64,000 nucleotides of DNA, taken from the sequence record OP380604.1. One strand, written 5' to 3'. This document shows, piece after piece, positions 42,043-50,993 of the stretch. Positions within the stretch are counted from its first letter, which is position 1; each line of letters starts with the position of its first letter. The position numbers and the translations under genes are program-made. Under the pieces are notes generated by a model. The model saw only the letters and a list, made by a program, of their open reading frames with translations, was not told where the DNA came from and made no database searches.

Positions 42043-42681
42043 ATGCAAAACGTAAATCACAAACACAAAGTTGGCACTCTGGTTATGGTAACTGCTGGTA
42101 AGTTTGCTGGCGTGTTTGGTAAAGTTACCGGGCTGGGTAAATCCAAAGGTAACACTCCTGGCACTATCGACAAAGTATATCCTACTTATACTATCGGTGC
42201 GATGTGGTATATGGATTCAACTGGCTGCTATCGTCGTCTTGCTATTCGTCGTCCGAACTCTTATGTTTCTGTTGGCTACATTGTGTCAAAGACTCTGAAC
42301 AACTTGGGTGAAACTCAGATTACCGAAGTCATGAATCTGGATATCATTCGTAGTGGTGCGTTTACTCCGAAAGTAGAGAATTTCACTGGTGGCGCAATCG
42401 AGTTCTCTAAGAGCTTCCCATATATCGGTCATGAATTCCCTATGGCTAATGTGAAAATGGAAGTCGTTGCTCCGGTCGCCGTTAAACCGGTAGAACATAT
42501 CAAAATTGAAACCAAGATCGCACAAGCTTCTGGTTTCGATGCTTCCGAGTTCTACGTTGAAAACAACGGCAAAATGGTACCAGCTACCGAAGAGACCATT
42601 CGTGAAATCATGAAAACTCTCCGTGTTACCGAAGTTCCGGTGTTTGCCAAGAAAGTTGTAAGCGTGTTTGATTTGATCTAA
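42043..42681 (+). CDS. Hypothetical KOW/SH3-like protein, paralog of 41450-41932
   Basis: GAGAG RBS, ATG 42043. Confidence 0.75.
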   Translation: MQNVNHKHKVGTLVMVTAGKFAGVFGKVTGLGKSKGNTPGTIDKVYPTYTIGAMWYMDSTGCYRRLAIRRPNSYVSVGYIVSKTLNNLGETQITEVMNLDIIRSGAFTPKVENFTGGAIEFSKSFPYIGHEFPMANVKMEVVAPVAVKPVEHIKIETKIAQASGFDASEFYVENNGKMVPATEETIREIMKTLRVTEVPVFAKKVVSVFDLI

Positions 42682-42737
42682 GTGTTGCTGATGGGCACTC
42701 TAACGAGTGCTCATTGTCAAAAACAAGAGGAATCATC

Positions 42738-43325
42738 ATGTTAGTTACAAAGAAATCACAAATCCAGTATGAAAAGATATTGTATGCTATTTCTGTTGTG
42801 AGAAAGAATGAACGATTGGTAGCGTCTTGTGTATCCGGTAAAGTTGTTGCGATTCATGAAAGAAAAGCCACTATTCAAATAGTTGGTACTGGTAGCTTTC
42901 GAGAAATATTCTACGGTGATTTTAATATCACCATGGAAGGAGCTCATTATCAGCCACATAACGTCAATCGTGTGTTCAACACCGAACATGAGGCGATGGC
43001 ATATACAAATCGACTCAATAACATGGAGTTGACCAAGTATGAATCTGTTTTGCTTCATATGGATTCAACGGTAGAACTCAAATATGCGGTGTTCTATCAT
43101 AACGAAATCAGACAGATGCCTATTGAAATTAGGGATCATAAAGTGTATAGTAACAATACTAGAGAAACGCGAGAGATCGACGGTAAGACTTGGTATTGCG
43201 ATCATACCGAAACTCGGCATTATTTTAAAAGAACTGACAACGGCAATGAATGTGATGTATCGGATGCCGGAGTTAAAATCTTTTTTGACCCGCATAAAGC
43301 AATTGACTTTTATATTGGGAAATAA
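42738..43325 (+). CDS. Hypothetical protein
   Basis: GAGG RBS, ATG 42738. Confidence 0.75.
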   Translation: MLVTKKSQIQYEKILYAISVVRKNERLVASCVSGKVVAIHERKATIQIVGTGSFREIFYGDFNITMEGAHYQPHNVNRVFNTEHEAMAYTNRLNNMELTKYESVLLHMDSTVELKYAVFYHNEIRQMPIEIRDHKVYSNNTRETREIDGKTWYCDHTETRHYFKRTDNGNECDVSDAGVKIFFDPHKAIDFYIGK

Positions 43326-43327
43326 GT

Positions 43328-43789
43328 ATGCAAGGGCGTAGACTGAGAAGGGTACGCCCGGCAAAAGTTCTGAAAATCAATCAAGAAATTCAACGAATTA
43401 ATGATTGTATCGCAGAAAGCCACCGAATTCTGAACAGCGTGGAACGAACTGTTTTGCCGGGTGACTGGGCTAACGGAAGAATAAAAGATAACTTTTGTTA
43501 TAATACGTGGCGAACTGTTGGATGCTTGAATCTGTCGGATCATTTTCTCGTTCGTTATATGGAGCGAGTTCGAAACTACAAGTTTGATGAAGAACAGATT
43601 AAACTAGAATATGGCTATTATTGTCCTACTGATAGTGATATGATGAAAATCCGTTGGGCTAATCGTCATGGTATGTTCACCGATAGACTACAAAATGAGA
43701 TTCGGGAATATGTTAAAAATCCTCCCGATGACGTTCGAATCATTCGCCAAGATGATCGAGTTATCACACTTCTTACATTTGAGGAATGA
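43328..43789 (+). CDS. Hypothetical protein
   Basis: 153 aa. Confidence 0.7.
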   Translation: MQGRRLRRVRPAKVLKINQEIQRINDCIAESHRILNSVERTVLPGDWANGRIKDNFCYNTWRTVGCLNLSDHFLVRYMERVRNYKFDEEQIKLEYGYYCPTDSDMMKIRWANRHGMFTDRLQNEIREYVKNPPDDVRIIRQDDRVITLLTFEE

Positions 43790-44106
43790 TTATGAAATAT
43801 TATTTTAGGGATGAACAATACGATATCAGTGATAGCACATATCATGGTCCTGTTCCTCGTGGTGCTTATGCTGTTGCGTTTGCTACTAAACGTCAACGAA
43901 TCAGCCATAGGTGGGGTTCGCCTGAATACAAATATTCGGATCACTGGGTAGTTCTGAGAAGTGTTTATTCTCATGAGACTTCCGATTTTGATAACATTTA
44001 CATGTGGCAAATCGTCCAAGTATTTGGTGAAACTGAACTCGAAATCGCAAAAAATTTCAAAAATACATTGACTGATGTGGCAAAAGAGATTACCATAGTC
44101 AAATAA
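43786..44106 (+). CDS. Hypothetical protein
   Basis: 106 aa. Confidence 0.7.
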   Translation: MIMKYYFRDEQYDISDSTYHGPVPRGAYAVAFATKRQRISHRWGSPEYKYSDHWVVLRSVYSHETSDFDNIYMWQIVQVFGETELEIAKNFKNTLTDVAKEITIVK

Positions 44107-44128
44107 TCAACCAACAAAGAGAATTATC

Positions 44129-44662
44129 ATGAAAACGACTTTACTTGCAATGCTGCTCGGCTTCTCTTGTGTAGCGAATGCCGCTCCCGCTGAAAACTTC
44201 ACCCAACTGACCATGGACGAAGTTCAAGCACAACTATCAACAAAACATAGTGCCAATGTTTGTACTATCGATTTTCAAGGAGAAGCTGGTCCAGAACAAC
44301 TCGGAATCGGTGTGAATCTAAAATCAAACACTGTTGTTATGATTGGATATATGCTCGAAGGACAACAAGCCGTTATGCCTATGTTCTCCGCGATGGGCAA
44401 AGATACTGCCGTTGAGTTTGCGCGTCAAATCAAACTCGTTGCCGCTGGTGATGTTGCTGAACTTGTTGACGATCAATTTTATCAGCACGAATACAAATCT
44501 TCCAACGGTGTAACCGCAAGCGTCGAAAAATACGCTACCAAAGAAGTTTATATCGGTGTTCAAGACGACACATCTTTGATTGGTGGCTATGCCGTTGATA
44601 TCAAAGATATGAGTTCCATGGTTGCTGATTGCGTATCAACTGCAACGACTTATCTGAACTAA
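44129..44662 (+). CDS. Putative exported protein
   Basis: MKTTLLAMLLGFSCVANA signal peptide. Confidence 0.75.
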   Translation: MKTTLLAMLLGFSCVANAAPAENFTQLTMDEVQAQLSTKHSANVCTIDFQGEAGPEQLGIGVNLKSNTVVMIGYMLEGQQAVMPMFSAMGKDTAVEFARQIKLVAAGDVAELVDDQFYQHEYKSSNGVTASVEKYATKEVYIGVQDDTSLIGGYAVDIKDMSSMVADCVSTATTYLN

Positions 44663-44779
44663 TAGTGGGAGGCGGGACCCACTAACGGTAGCTCTTTTCT
44701 TACACTAACTTTTAACTTAAATTAATTGTTTGTGCTAGGTGAATGGGGGCATTCTTAGAGCTATCGTTAGTGGGTCGCG
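44663..44779 (+). other. Intergenic 20-bp long-range stem with an alternative local hairpin
   Basis: 44676-44695 pairs 44757-44776; CCCACTA can instead pair TAGTGGG at 44663. Confidence 0.7.
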
Positions 44780-44786
44780 AAACAAA

Positions 44787-45110
44787 ATGAAAAAATTGAT
44801 TATTCTTGCTTTGTTTTCTATGAGTGCAAATGCCGCTCATATCGAGTGCCAGACTTTTGTTAAACATGACAAAGAAAGCCGTACCCTGATTTCGTATGCA
44901 ACTGTTGGCACCAAATCTGGTGTAGCTGTTACTGATTATGGTACCGACCCGTTTAATCCGGTTGATCCGACTCATGTATTCTTTGAAATGAGTAAAGAAG
45001 AGATCGCAGGCAAAGCCGGTCAAGATGTTGTGTTGAAAAATGATCGCGTTATGGTAGAACTTGATAACGTGAATTTCCGTAGTTTCGCTAACTGTGTAGG
45101 TGCAAAATGA
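44787..45110 (+). CDS. Putative exported protein
   Basis: MKKLIILALFSMSANA signal peptide. Confidence 0.75.
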   Translation: MKKLIILALFSMSANAAHIECQTFVKHDKESRTLISYATVGTKSGVAVTDYGTDPFNPVDPTHVFFEMSKEEIAGKAGQDVVLKNDRVMVELDNVNFRSFANCVGAK

Positions 45111-45649
45111 AACGTTTGATTATTCTCGCTGGACTTATGTTGACTGGTTGCGCTTCTATGCCGTCCGATCAGTATGATATCGACGCTCAACACCAACAGG
45201 TAGCTTATCTCAAGCAATTGGAAGAGCAAGACAAGCAACTGGCTATCAATCTGCAAGAGCGCGAGATTCGCAACAAACAAGAAGCTGAGTATAAAGCTTG
45301 GGCAGTAGAAGATCAAAAGCGAATCGATGACAATATTGCCAAGCAAGAAGCCGAATCATTCTCATATAACATCGGTCGCGGTCTTGGAATTACCAGTAAG
45401 TGTGCTCAAGCGCGTATGAGCAACAATGCTTATTACAACGTGTTCCGCACTCGAATGATTGAAGAAGCGAAGAAGAATCCGAACTATGATGCCGCTAAAG
45501 TTCAAGTTGGATTCGAGGAAGGAGTTGCGATTGGTTCTAATCTAATGCATACCAATCCTTATATGATGCTGCAAGGCTGCTCTCAGATGAATGCCGCGGT
45601 AGAACAAGATCAAAGCGTGAATCAGTCAAAAGTTTCGGATTTTCGATAA
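45107..45649 (+). CDS. Putative lipoprotein
   Basis: MLTGC lipobox. Confidence 0.75.
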   Translation: MKRLIILAGLMLTGCASMPSDQYDIDAQHQQVAYLKQLEEQDKQLAINLQEREIRNKQEAEYKAWAVEDQKRIDDNIAKQEAESFSYNIGRGLGITSKCAQARMSNNAYYNVFRTRMIEEAKKNPNYDAAKVQVGFEEGVAIGSNLMHTNPYMMLQGCSQMNAAVEQDQSVNQSKVSDFR

Positions 45650-45713
45650 AAAGTTGTTGACGACTGTTGGTAATCCATAGATAATGACTCCACTTTCTGA
45701 TGAGGAGATTGTT

Positions 45714-45950
45714 ATGAAATATGTGTTTACTGTTGTTGTTCCGACTGCACGTTACATCGATATCACCGCTGATTTCAAACTGTCTATGGCAGGTGCAATC
45801 ATGAACGTTGAGCCGATTCGTTCTAAAGTAGGACATGTTATTGGTTACAACGCGATTCACACAATCGACGGTGATTTCAAGAAAGGGTGCACCTTCGAAA
45901 ATAAACTGAAAATGCTTGGCTATCATTACGTTATCAGAAAAGTAGATTAA
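45714..45950 (+). CDS. Hypothetical protein
   Basis: GAGGAG RBS, ATG 45714. Confidence 0.7.
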   Translation: MKYVFTVVVPTARYIDITADFKLSMAGAIMNVEPIRSKVGHVIGYNAIHTIDGDFKKGCTFENKLKMLGYHYVIRKVD

Positions 45951-46064
45951 AAATGGGTGGGGCTTGTCCCCACTTTCTTAGAATTCTGTCAAGAGGATTA
46001 AGAAAGTGGAAACGCTTATTCAAATGTTTATCATGTTTTTGTGTGTAATATTTCTGGGGTTCAA

Positions 46065-46391
46065 ATGAAAAAATCTGTTATTGCTGTTATGATGATTGCT
46101 GGCCTGTGTGTTGTTGAATCTGCTAATGCTGCTATTAGTATGAGTCGTCCTATGACTATCAGCCGACCGATGACTGTATCGCGCCCTGTTAGTGCTCCGG
46201 TGTCTCGTCCTGCTACTGTGAGCAATGCAGCCGTTCACACCAACACTGCTTCTAACGTAGTAACTACTATGATGCTCATGAATGCTATGCAGAATGGAAC
46301 TGCGGATCAAGTAGAAGACGGCACCAATGAAGACGAGGTAATCTGTGATGAATCCGTTCTGCCTGAAGAATGTGACGAATCTCTGGAGTAA
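46065..46391 (+). CDS. Exported low-complexity protein with SRP(M/V) repeats
   Basis: Signal peptide; SRPMTISRPMTVSRPVSAPVSRP. Confidence 0.65.
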   Translation: MKKSVIAVMMIAGLCVVESANAAISMSRPMTISRPMTVSRPVSAPVSRPATVSNAAVHTNTASNVVTTMMLMNAMQNGTADQVEDGTNEDEVICDESVLPEECDESLE

Positions 46392-46881
46392 TCTTGCAAT
46401 CGCGTTGGCAGTAACATCTGCCAACGCTGCTATTGTGAGTGATCAAGAGTTCTATTCAAGACTAAACGCCGGTAATAAGGAAGTCGTTGCTTGTTCTGGT
46501 GTAGGTGTAAATCAGTTTTATACAATCTCTTTTTATATCAAAGATCATACGACTGTTATGGAGGTAACTGAGAATTTCAATAAGAAAGTTTGGTTCCAGT
46601 TGCCTAAGCGAGAGGATCATGATCGATTTGTTAATTTCATGAAACGTTCTGATTCTATTGTTACCGAGTCCAGATTTAAATCAGCTAACATACAAGTTGG
46701 CAGAATGAAGATCAAGAACTCTCGGCTTGGTGTTAGAACTTCAAAGCAAAACATAATCTTTGATATGAATAGCGACGGCGACTTTACTACGCTTGTTATC
46801 AAGAAAGACAAGATTGGTGAACTAATCCAATGTGTAAAAAATGTGGATCACGCTAGAAAAATGCTTGACGTAGAATATTGA
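46345..46881 (+). CDS. Putative exported protein (start uncertain)
   Basis: ALAVTSANA signal-like stretch. Confidence 0.6.
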   Translation: MMNPFCLKNVTNLWSNLAIALAVTSANAAIVSDQEFYSRLNAGNKEVVACSGVGVNQFYTISFYIKDHTTVMEVTENFNKKVWFQLPKREDHDRFVNFMKRSDSIVTESRFKSANIQVGRMKIKNSRLGVRTSKQNIIFDMNSDGDFTTLVIKKDKIGELIQCVKNVDHARKMLDVEY

Positions 46882-46892
46882 TATGATAATAT
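46865..46892 (+). promoter_or_regulatory. Early promoter with inverted repeat across -10
   Basis: TTGACG-N16-TAATAT; GTAGAATATT/AATATATCTAC. Confidence 0.7.
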
Positions 46893-46922
46893 ATCTACAT
46901 CAAACGAAACGAGGAATACACC

Positions 46923-47147
46923 ATGTTGGCTCAAATCTCTGCTATCAACGCTGTTCAATATATCAACTTGGATCTGTCTAATCAGAATGATATGGAAGTT
47001 CATATGAAAAACGGAAAGGTTTTCATTGTATCACAGCGAGAAGATGAAGACTATGGCACGGTGTATAGTGTTAATGATGAAATTGGTGTTGGTATGGAGT
47101 CTGTTACTTTCTCTGATATCGTTGGCTATATCAAAGCGGAGGCTTAA
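46923..47147 (+). CDS. Hypothetical protein
   Basis: 74 aa, GAGG RBS. Confidence 0.7.
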   Translation: MLAQISAINAVQYINLDLSNQNDMEVHMKNGKVFIVSQREDEDYGTVYSVNDEIGVGMESVTFSDIVGYIKAEA

Positions 47148-47149
47148 TA

Positions 47150-48028
47150 ATGAAAGAAGGTCGTAAATTAGTATTCAAAGATAAGAAATTCAAGAACTTT
47201 CTTATCCGCATGGAACAAAATCTGTTCTGCGAAAACGTGACTGTGGACGGTCAAACTCGTACCCGAATCCTTGAGGGTAACTTGTTCTCTAGTACAAATC
47301 TCGTTCGCATTGGTTCCGCATTCATTCGGATGTTCGGATCTCATACCGCGTTTACCAAGTCTATGTACAATAATAACGACGGCAAATATCGTCCGTTCGA
47401 AAAACTTGGTGCAATGTGGCCCGGTCTACAAACTGCGGGTTGGCAGTATCGAGTAATTTCTCCAAAACAAATCGCGCTCTATTTCAAGTGTGAAGTTCCA
47501 AGAAAGTTGCTCGAATCTAAAATCGGCAAACACTTCTCTATGGAAAACTGGAGTTTTCGAGACGGTGAAACTGGTATGCGCGTGTGGCATTGCGACCCGT
47601 TCGAATACAAGTGCCGTGTCATTATTCCGGTTCCCGAGTCAAAAGTTGGCGAAGATTATCTACCGCGTACCGATAAGAAGTCTATTGGACACGATATCAT
47701 GTACAAAGATACTCGGAAAGAAAACGCAAAAACATTGGACGAAATGAGCAAGAAAGAAGATGTTCGTCAAGATGTTTTTGATATCGACCTCGAAAAAGTG
47801 TTGCCAGGATTTGCTGAACTCCAGAAGCTGGATCGTGTTCGCTCGAATAAAGCCGTTAATGTGAAAACTGCCAAACAACTGGTAGCACAAGCGCAAGCGC
47901 AACTGGACATGGCTATAGCTGAACAACAACAAGCAGACGCGGAATATCATGAAGTGATGTTGACTTTGCAACCGAAAATCACTATCATGACTCAGATCCT
48001 AGACAAATATAGCTTTAAGGAAGCGTAA
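47150..48028 (+). CDS. Hypothetical protein with C-terminal coiled coil (paralog family)
   Basis: LFCENVTVDGQT shared with 48028 ORF. Confidence 0.78.
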   Translation: MKEGRKLVFKDKKFKNFLIRMEQNLFCENVTVDGQTRTRILEGNLFSSTNLVRIGSAFIRMFGSHTAFTKSMYNNNDGKYRPFEKLGAMWPGLQTAGWQYRVISPKQIALYFKCEVPRKLLESKIGKHFSMENWSFRDGETGMRVWHCDPFEYKCRVIIPVPESKVGEDYLPRTDKKSIGHDIMYKDTRKENAKTLDEMSKKEDVRQDVFDIDLEKVLPGFAELQKLDRVRSNKAVNVKTAKQLVAQAQAQLDMAIAEQQQADAEYHEVMLTLQPKITIMTQILDKYSFKEA

Positions 48029-48807
48029 TGAGTAGTCAAGTAAAATCTAATCGGAATAAGATGAAATCGGAGATCAAGGTACACAATGCTTGTCGGGCGA
48101 TTCTGAATCACATCTTTTTCAAAAACGTTACCGTTGACGGCAAAACAATTCGCGTGTACAATCATTATACCGCGGATCATGTGAGAAAAGCTGATCGACT
48201 CGACAAAGACGATAACGTAAAACAAAAGTTTAACATTGCTATTGGTGGAGAATCGGTAGTGTGGGACTCCGCTTCTGTTATGCGAAACATCAATCAGTTT
48301 ACGTCGTTTGCTTGTATTCGTATGGTAATCCGATCTAAAACTATCTCTCATATGGCAGAATCAAATCTTGTTAAGCTGGGATATGCCGAGATCGTTAACG
48401 GTGTTGTTCAAATCGAGTCCAAGATCTTTTTGTCTCCCGATAGAAAGACTCTCAAGCCGCTGCCCATGATGCCGTATCTCAAGCAAGAAAACAAAGTTTT
48501 GGTTGCCGCAGATCTGGTGAAACCCTTCAAGAAGGAAGAAACTGTGAAACAAGAACAAACAATTACCTCAGCTCGCCCTCCGGTTAGCGAAAACGAAATG
48601 AAACGCCAATACTTAATTCAAGTGAATCGTTTCCTCGAACTGAACTATGGCTCCAAGTTTGATCGCATTCGTCTACTGGAAGAAAAGCAACGAAATGTGG
48701 ATCAAGAAATTGCAAAGCTCCAATCCGAACGTGCCAAGTATGAAAAAGAATCAAAAGCACTTGCGGAAGAAATCAACAACGTTCGCGAAAGCCTGCTAAC
48801 ATTCTAA
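48028..48807 (+). CDS. Hypothetical protein with C-terminal coiled coil (paralog family)
   Basis: IFFKNVTVDGKT. Confidence 0.78.
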   Translation: MSSQVKSNRNKMKSEIKVHNACRAILNHIFFKNVTVDGKTIRVYNHYTADHVRKADRLDKDDNVKQKFNIAIGGESVVWDSASVMRNINQFTSFACIRMVIRSKTISHMAESNLVKLGYAEIVNGVVQIESKIFLSPDRKTLKPLPMMPYLKQENKVLVAADLVKPFKKEETVKQEQTITSARPPVSENEMKRQYLIQVNRFLELNYGSKFDRIRLLEEKQRNVDQEIAKLQSERAKYEKESKALAEEINNVRESLLTF

Positions 48808-48810
48808 TTG

Positions 48811-48839
48811 TTTACAAAACACGGAAACGGTGATATCCT
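48811..48839 (+). promoter_or_regulatory. Promoter with 12-bp inverted repeat across -10
   Basis: TTTACA-N17-TATCCT; AAACGGTGATAT/ATATCACTGTTT. Confidence 0.7.
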
Positions 48840-48869
48840 TATATCACTGTTTTCATTATTGGAAAGAAC

Positions 48870-50069
48870 ATGCGCAAACAAGTAGAAAAAACAAGAGACT
48901 TAGATGGCAATTTGATTTATCGCAATGAGCGATATGCCAACGAAGATAATCCATGGGACCACTGGCAGCAAATGCCACACTATGAGCCGAAAGATATCAT
49001 CGACGCTTATGCCGAGATTGAATTCGAGTTCGATAATAACGATGATGTTGCCGAGTTTTCTAAGCTCGCAGACTTGCCGTTAAGCGACAAGACAAAGAGC
49101 ATTTGGTGGCCGAAGAAGGGACCAGACGATTACTCCGTGATTCGTTATGTATCCGATTACACCGATTTGAATCAACCAAAATATCCGATTTACATCGTAT
49201 CGAAATCCCGTTGGGAAAAGCGATTGACATCCGATAGCTTGGTGCGTATGAAAGTCAAGCATTATATCGTTGTAGAAGAGTCTCAATTCGAAGAATATAA
49301 CAGCCGCGTTGATCATGAATACGTGACTGTTATTATTCTTGATCAGAAATACCTTGACGAATACGATACTTTTGATAATCTCGGTAACACTCGGAGCAAA
49401 GGTCCAGGCGCTGCTCGCAACTTTGCTTGGGAACACTCTATGAAAATGGGGTTCAAGCGTCACTGGGTAATGGACGATAACCAGCAGCACTTCTTCCGTC
49501 TTGACGGAAACAAGCGTATAATCGTTAATAGCGGTGCAATCTTCCGTGCCATGGAAGACCACGTTGATCGTTATGAAAACGTCTATATCGCTGGTCCACA
49601 TTATCGATTCTTTGCTGTACCGAAAGAGTCACTGCCACCGTTTGTTCAAAACTGTCGGATTTATAGCACTCTGCTTATTCTGAACGATATTCCATATCGT
49701 TGGAGAGGTCGCTACAACGAAGATACCGATTTGAGCCTGCGTGTTCTGAAAGACGGCCATTGCACGATTCAATATAACGCTTTCCTGACTGGCAAGCTTG
49801 TGACTCAAGCTATGGCAGGTGGCAACACCGAAGCGTTCTATTCAAAAGAAGGCACTCTGCCTAAGTCGCAAATGATCGTGGACATGCATCCAGACGTCGC
49901 CAGATTGCAGTGGATGAACGGTCGCTGGCACCACTGGGTAGACTATGCGCCTTATCGTTCTAATCGTCTGAAACTGAAAAATGTTATTCCAGAAGGTTGC
50001 AATGAATACGGAATGATGCTAACATCTATCAAAGCGTCCGAACAAGACGCCAACGACGAGGAAGAATAA
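48870..50069 (+). CDS. TAGT/GREB1-like (GT-A fold) glycosyltransferase, probable DNA-base modifier
   Basis: YPIYIVSKSRW, YIVVEESQ, AARNFAWEHS, HWVMDDN, WRGRYNEDTDLSLRVLKDG, GGNT, RWHHWVDY. Confidence 0.82.
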   Translation: MRKQVEKTRDLDGNLIYRNERYANEDNPWDHWQQMPHYEPKDIIDAYAEIEFEFDNNDDVAEFSKLADLPLSDKTKSIWWPKKGPDDYSVIRYVSDYTDLNQPKYPIYIVSKSRWEKRLTSDSLVRMKVKHYIVVEESQFEEYNSRVDHEYVTVIILDQKYLDEYDTFDNLGNTRSKGPGAARNFAWEHSMKMGFKRHWVMDDNQQHFFRLDGNKRIIVNSGAIFRAMEDHVDRYENVYIAGPHYRFFAVPKESLPPFVQNCRIYSTLLILNDIPYRWRGRYNEDTDLSLRVLKDGHCTIQYNAFLTGKLVTQAMAGGNTEAFYSKEGTLPKSQMIVDMHPDVARLQWMNGRWHHWVDYAPYRSNRLKLKNVIPEGCNEYGMMLTSIKASEQDANDEEE

Positions 50070-50269
50070 TGGCATATGTTAACCCAGATGCCGCACCGGA
50101 ACACGTAATCGAGAAAATGAAAAGTGGCAAACGGACGATTAAAGTCCGTTTTGCTTCCAAAGAAAAGTTCGATGCGTTTGTTAAACAAACCGGATTGGCA
50201 ATTGACAAAAACACCAAACATGTGAAGTTCCCACAACATCCTGGACTTGCATCATTGTTTGACATTTGA
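50069..50269 (+). CDS. 66-aa protein resembling the N-terminal domain of the TAGT gene; ends ASLFDI
   Basis: IKVRFASKEKFDAFVKQTGLAIDKNTKHVKFP vs IEFEFDNNDDVAEFSKLADLPLSDKTKSIWWP. Confidence 0.72.
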   Translation: MAYVNPDAAPEHVIEKMKSGKRTIKVRFASKEKFDAFVKQTGLAIDKNTKHVKFPQHPGLASLFDI

Positions 50270-50297
50270 GGGCTTCGGCCCTCTTATAGGAGATATC

Positions 50298-50993
50298 ATG
50301 AACGAAAAACGGAAGCTAGTTGCTCGCAATCAGTGGTACAAATTTCTGAATATTGCTTGCGAAACTCACACTAAGCCAGCTGGTACCAAAGTCGAAATCG
50401 ACTCTATGAAGTTCCGCAAAAACATCAGACTCTATACAGAAAATATGATTGGCTCTAAGGTGTATAACAAAGCACATTTGAACGAACTGTTCGGTGCGTA
50501 TATTGTTGACAATCGAATCCCAGAGTTGATTGGTGTCAATGTAACGAAACTTGGCGAAGGCATAGTTGTTAACATCGTTGAGTTTGAATTCAGTCGTGGT
50601 AGTCAATCTATCATAGATGAAATGTTCATCAAAATGAAAGAATTCTCTCCGTTCGCTGCAAAGCGTACCGAATATGGATTCAAAATGAACGTTCGTATTC
50701 CTGAACGCAAAATCGATCTGCTACAAAAAGCTCCTAAGCAACAGAAACCGGAGATCATTGCTAAAGTGGAAAAAGATATAAAAGAAGTTTCTACCGATAT
50801 ATTGAAACTCCAAATCAAACAATTGGAAGCTGAGATCAAGCGCCGACATATCATAGAACTCGATGCAATGATGAATGATTACATCGTGGAACGTGATAAG
50901 CTGGTAAAAATGAACATCGCTATTATGAAGATAGCAAAAGAATACGGCATGGATCGCGAGTATGGAGAACGTCTGAGCACTCATGCACTTTGA
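50298..50993 (+). CDS. Hypothetical protein with C-terminal coiled coil
   Basis: AGGAG RBS, ATG 50298; MNEKRKLV like MKEGRKLV of 47150 ORF. Confidence 0.75.
   Translation: MNEKRKLVARNQWYKFLNIACETHTKPAGTKVEIDSMKFRKNIRLYTENMIGSKVYNKAHLNELFGAYIVDNRIPELIGVNVTKLGEGIVVNIVEFEFSRGSQSIIDEMFIKMKEFSPFAAKRTEYGFKMNVRIPERKIDLLQKAPKQQKPEIIAKVEKDIKEVSTDILKLQIKQLEAEIKRRHIIELDAMMNDYIVERDKLVKMNIAIMKIAKEYGMDREYGERLSTHAL

Noticed and set aside
46141-46215. SRPMT tandem repeats as a VNTR/contingency locus
   Set aside because: Codons differ between units; low-complexity protein linker rather than a slippage tract.
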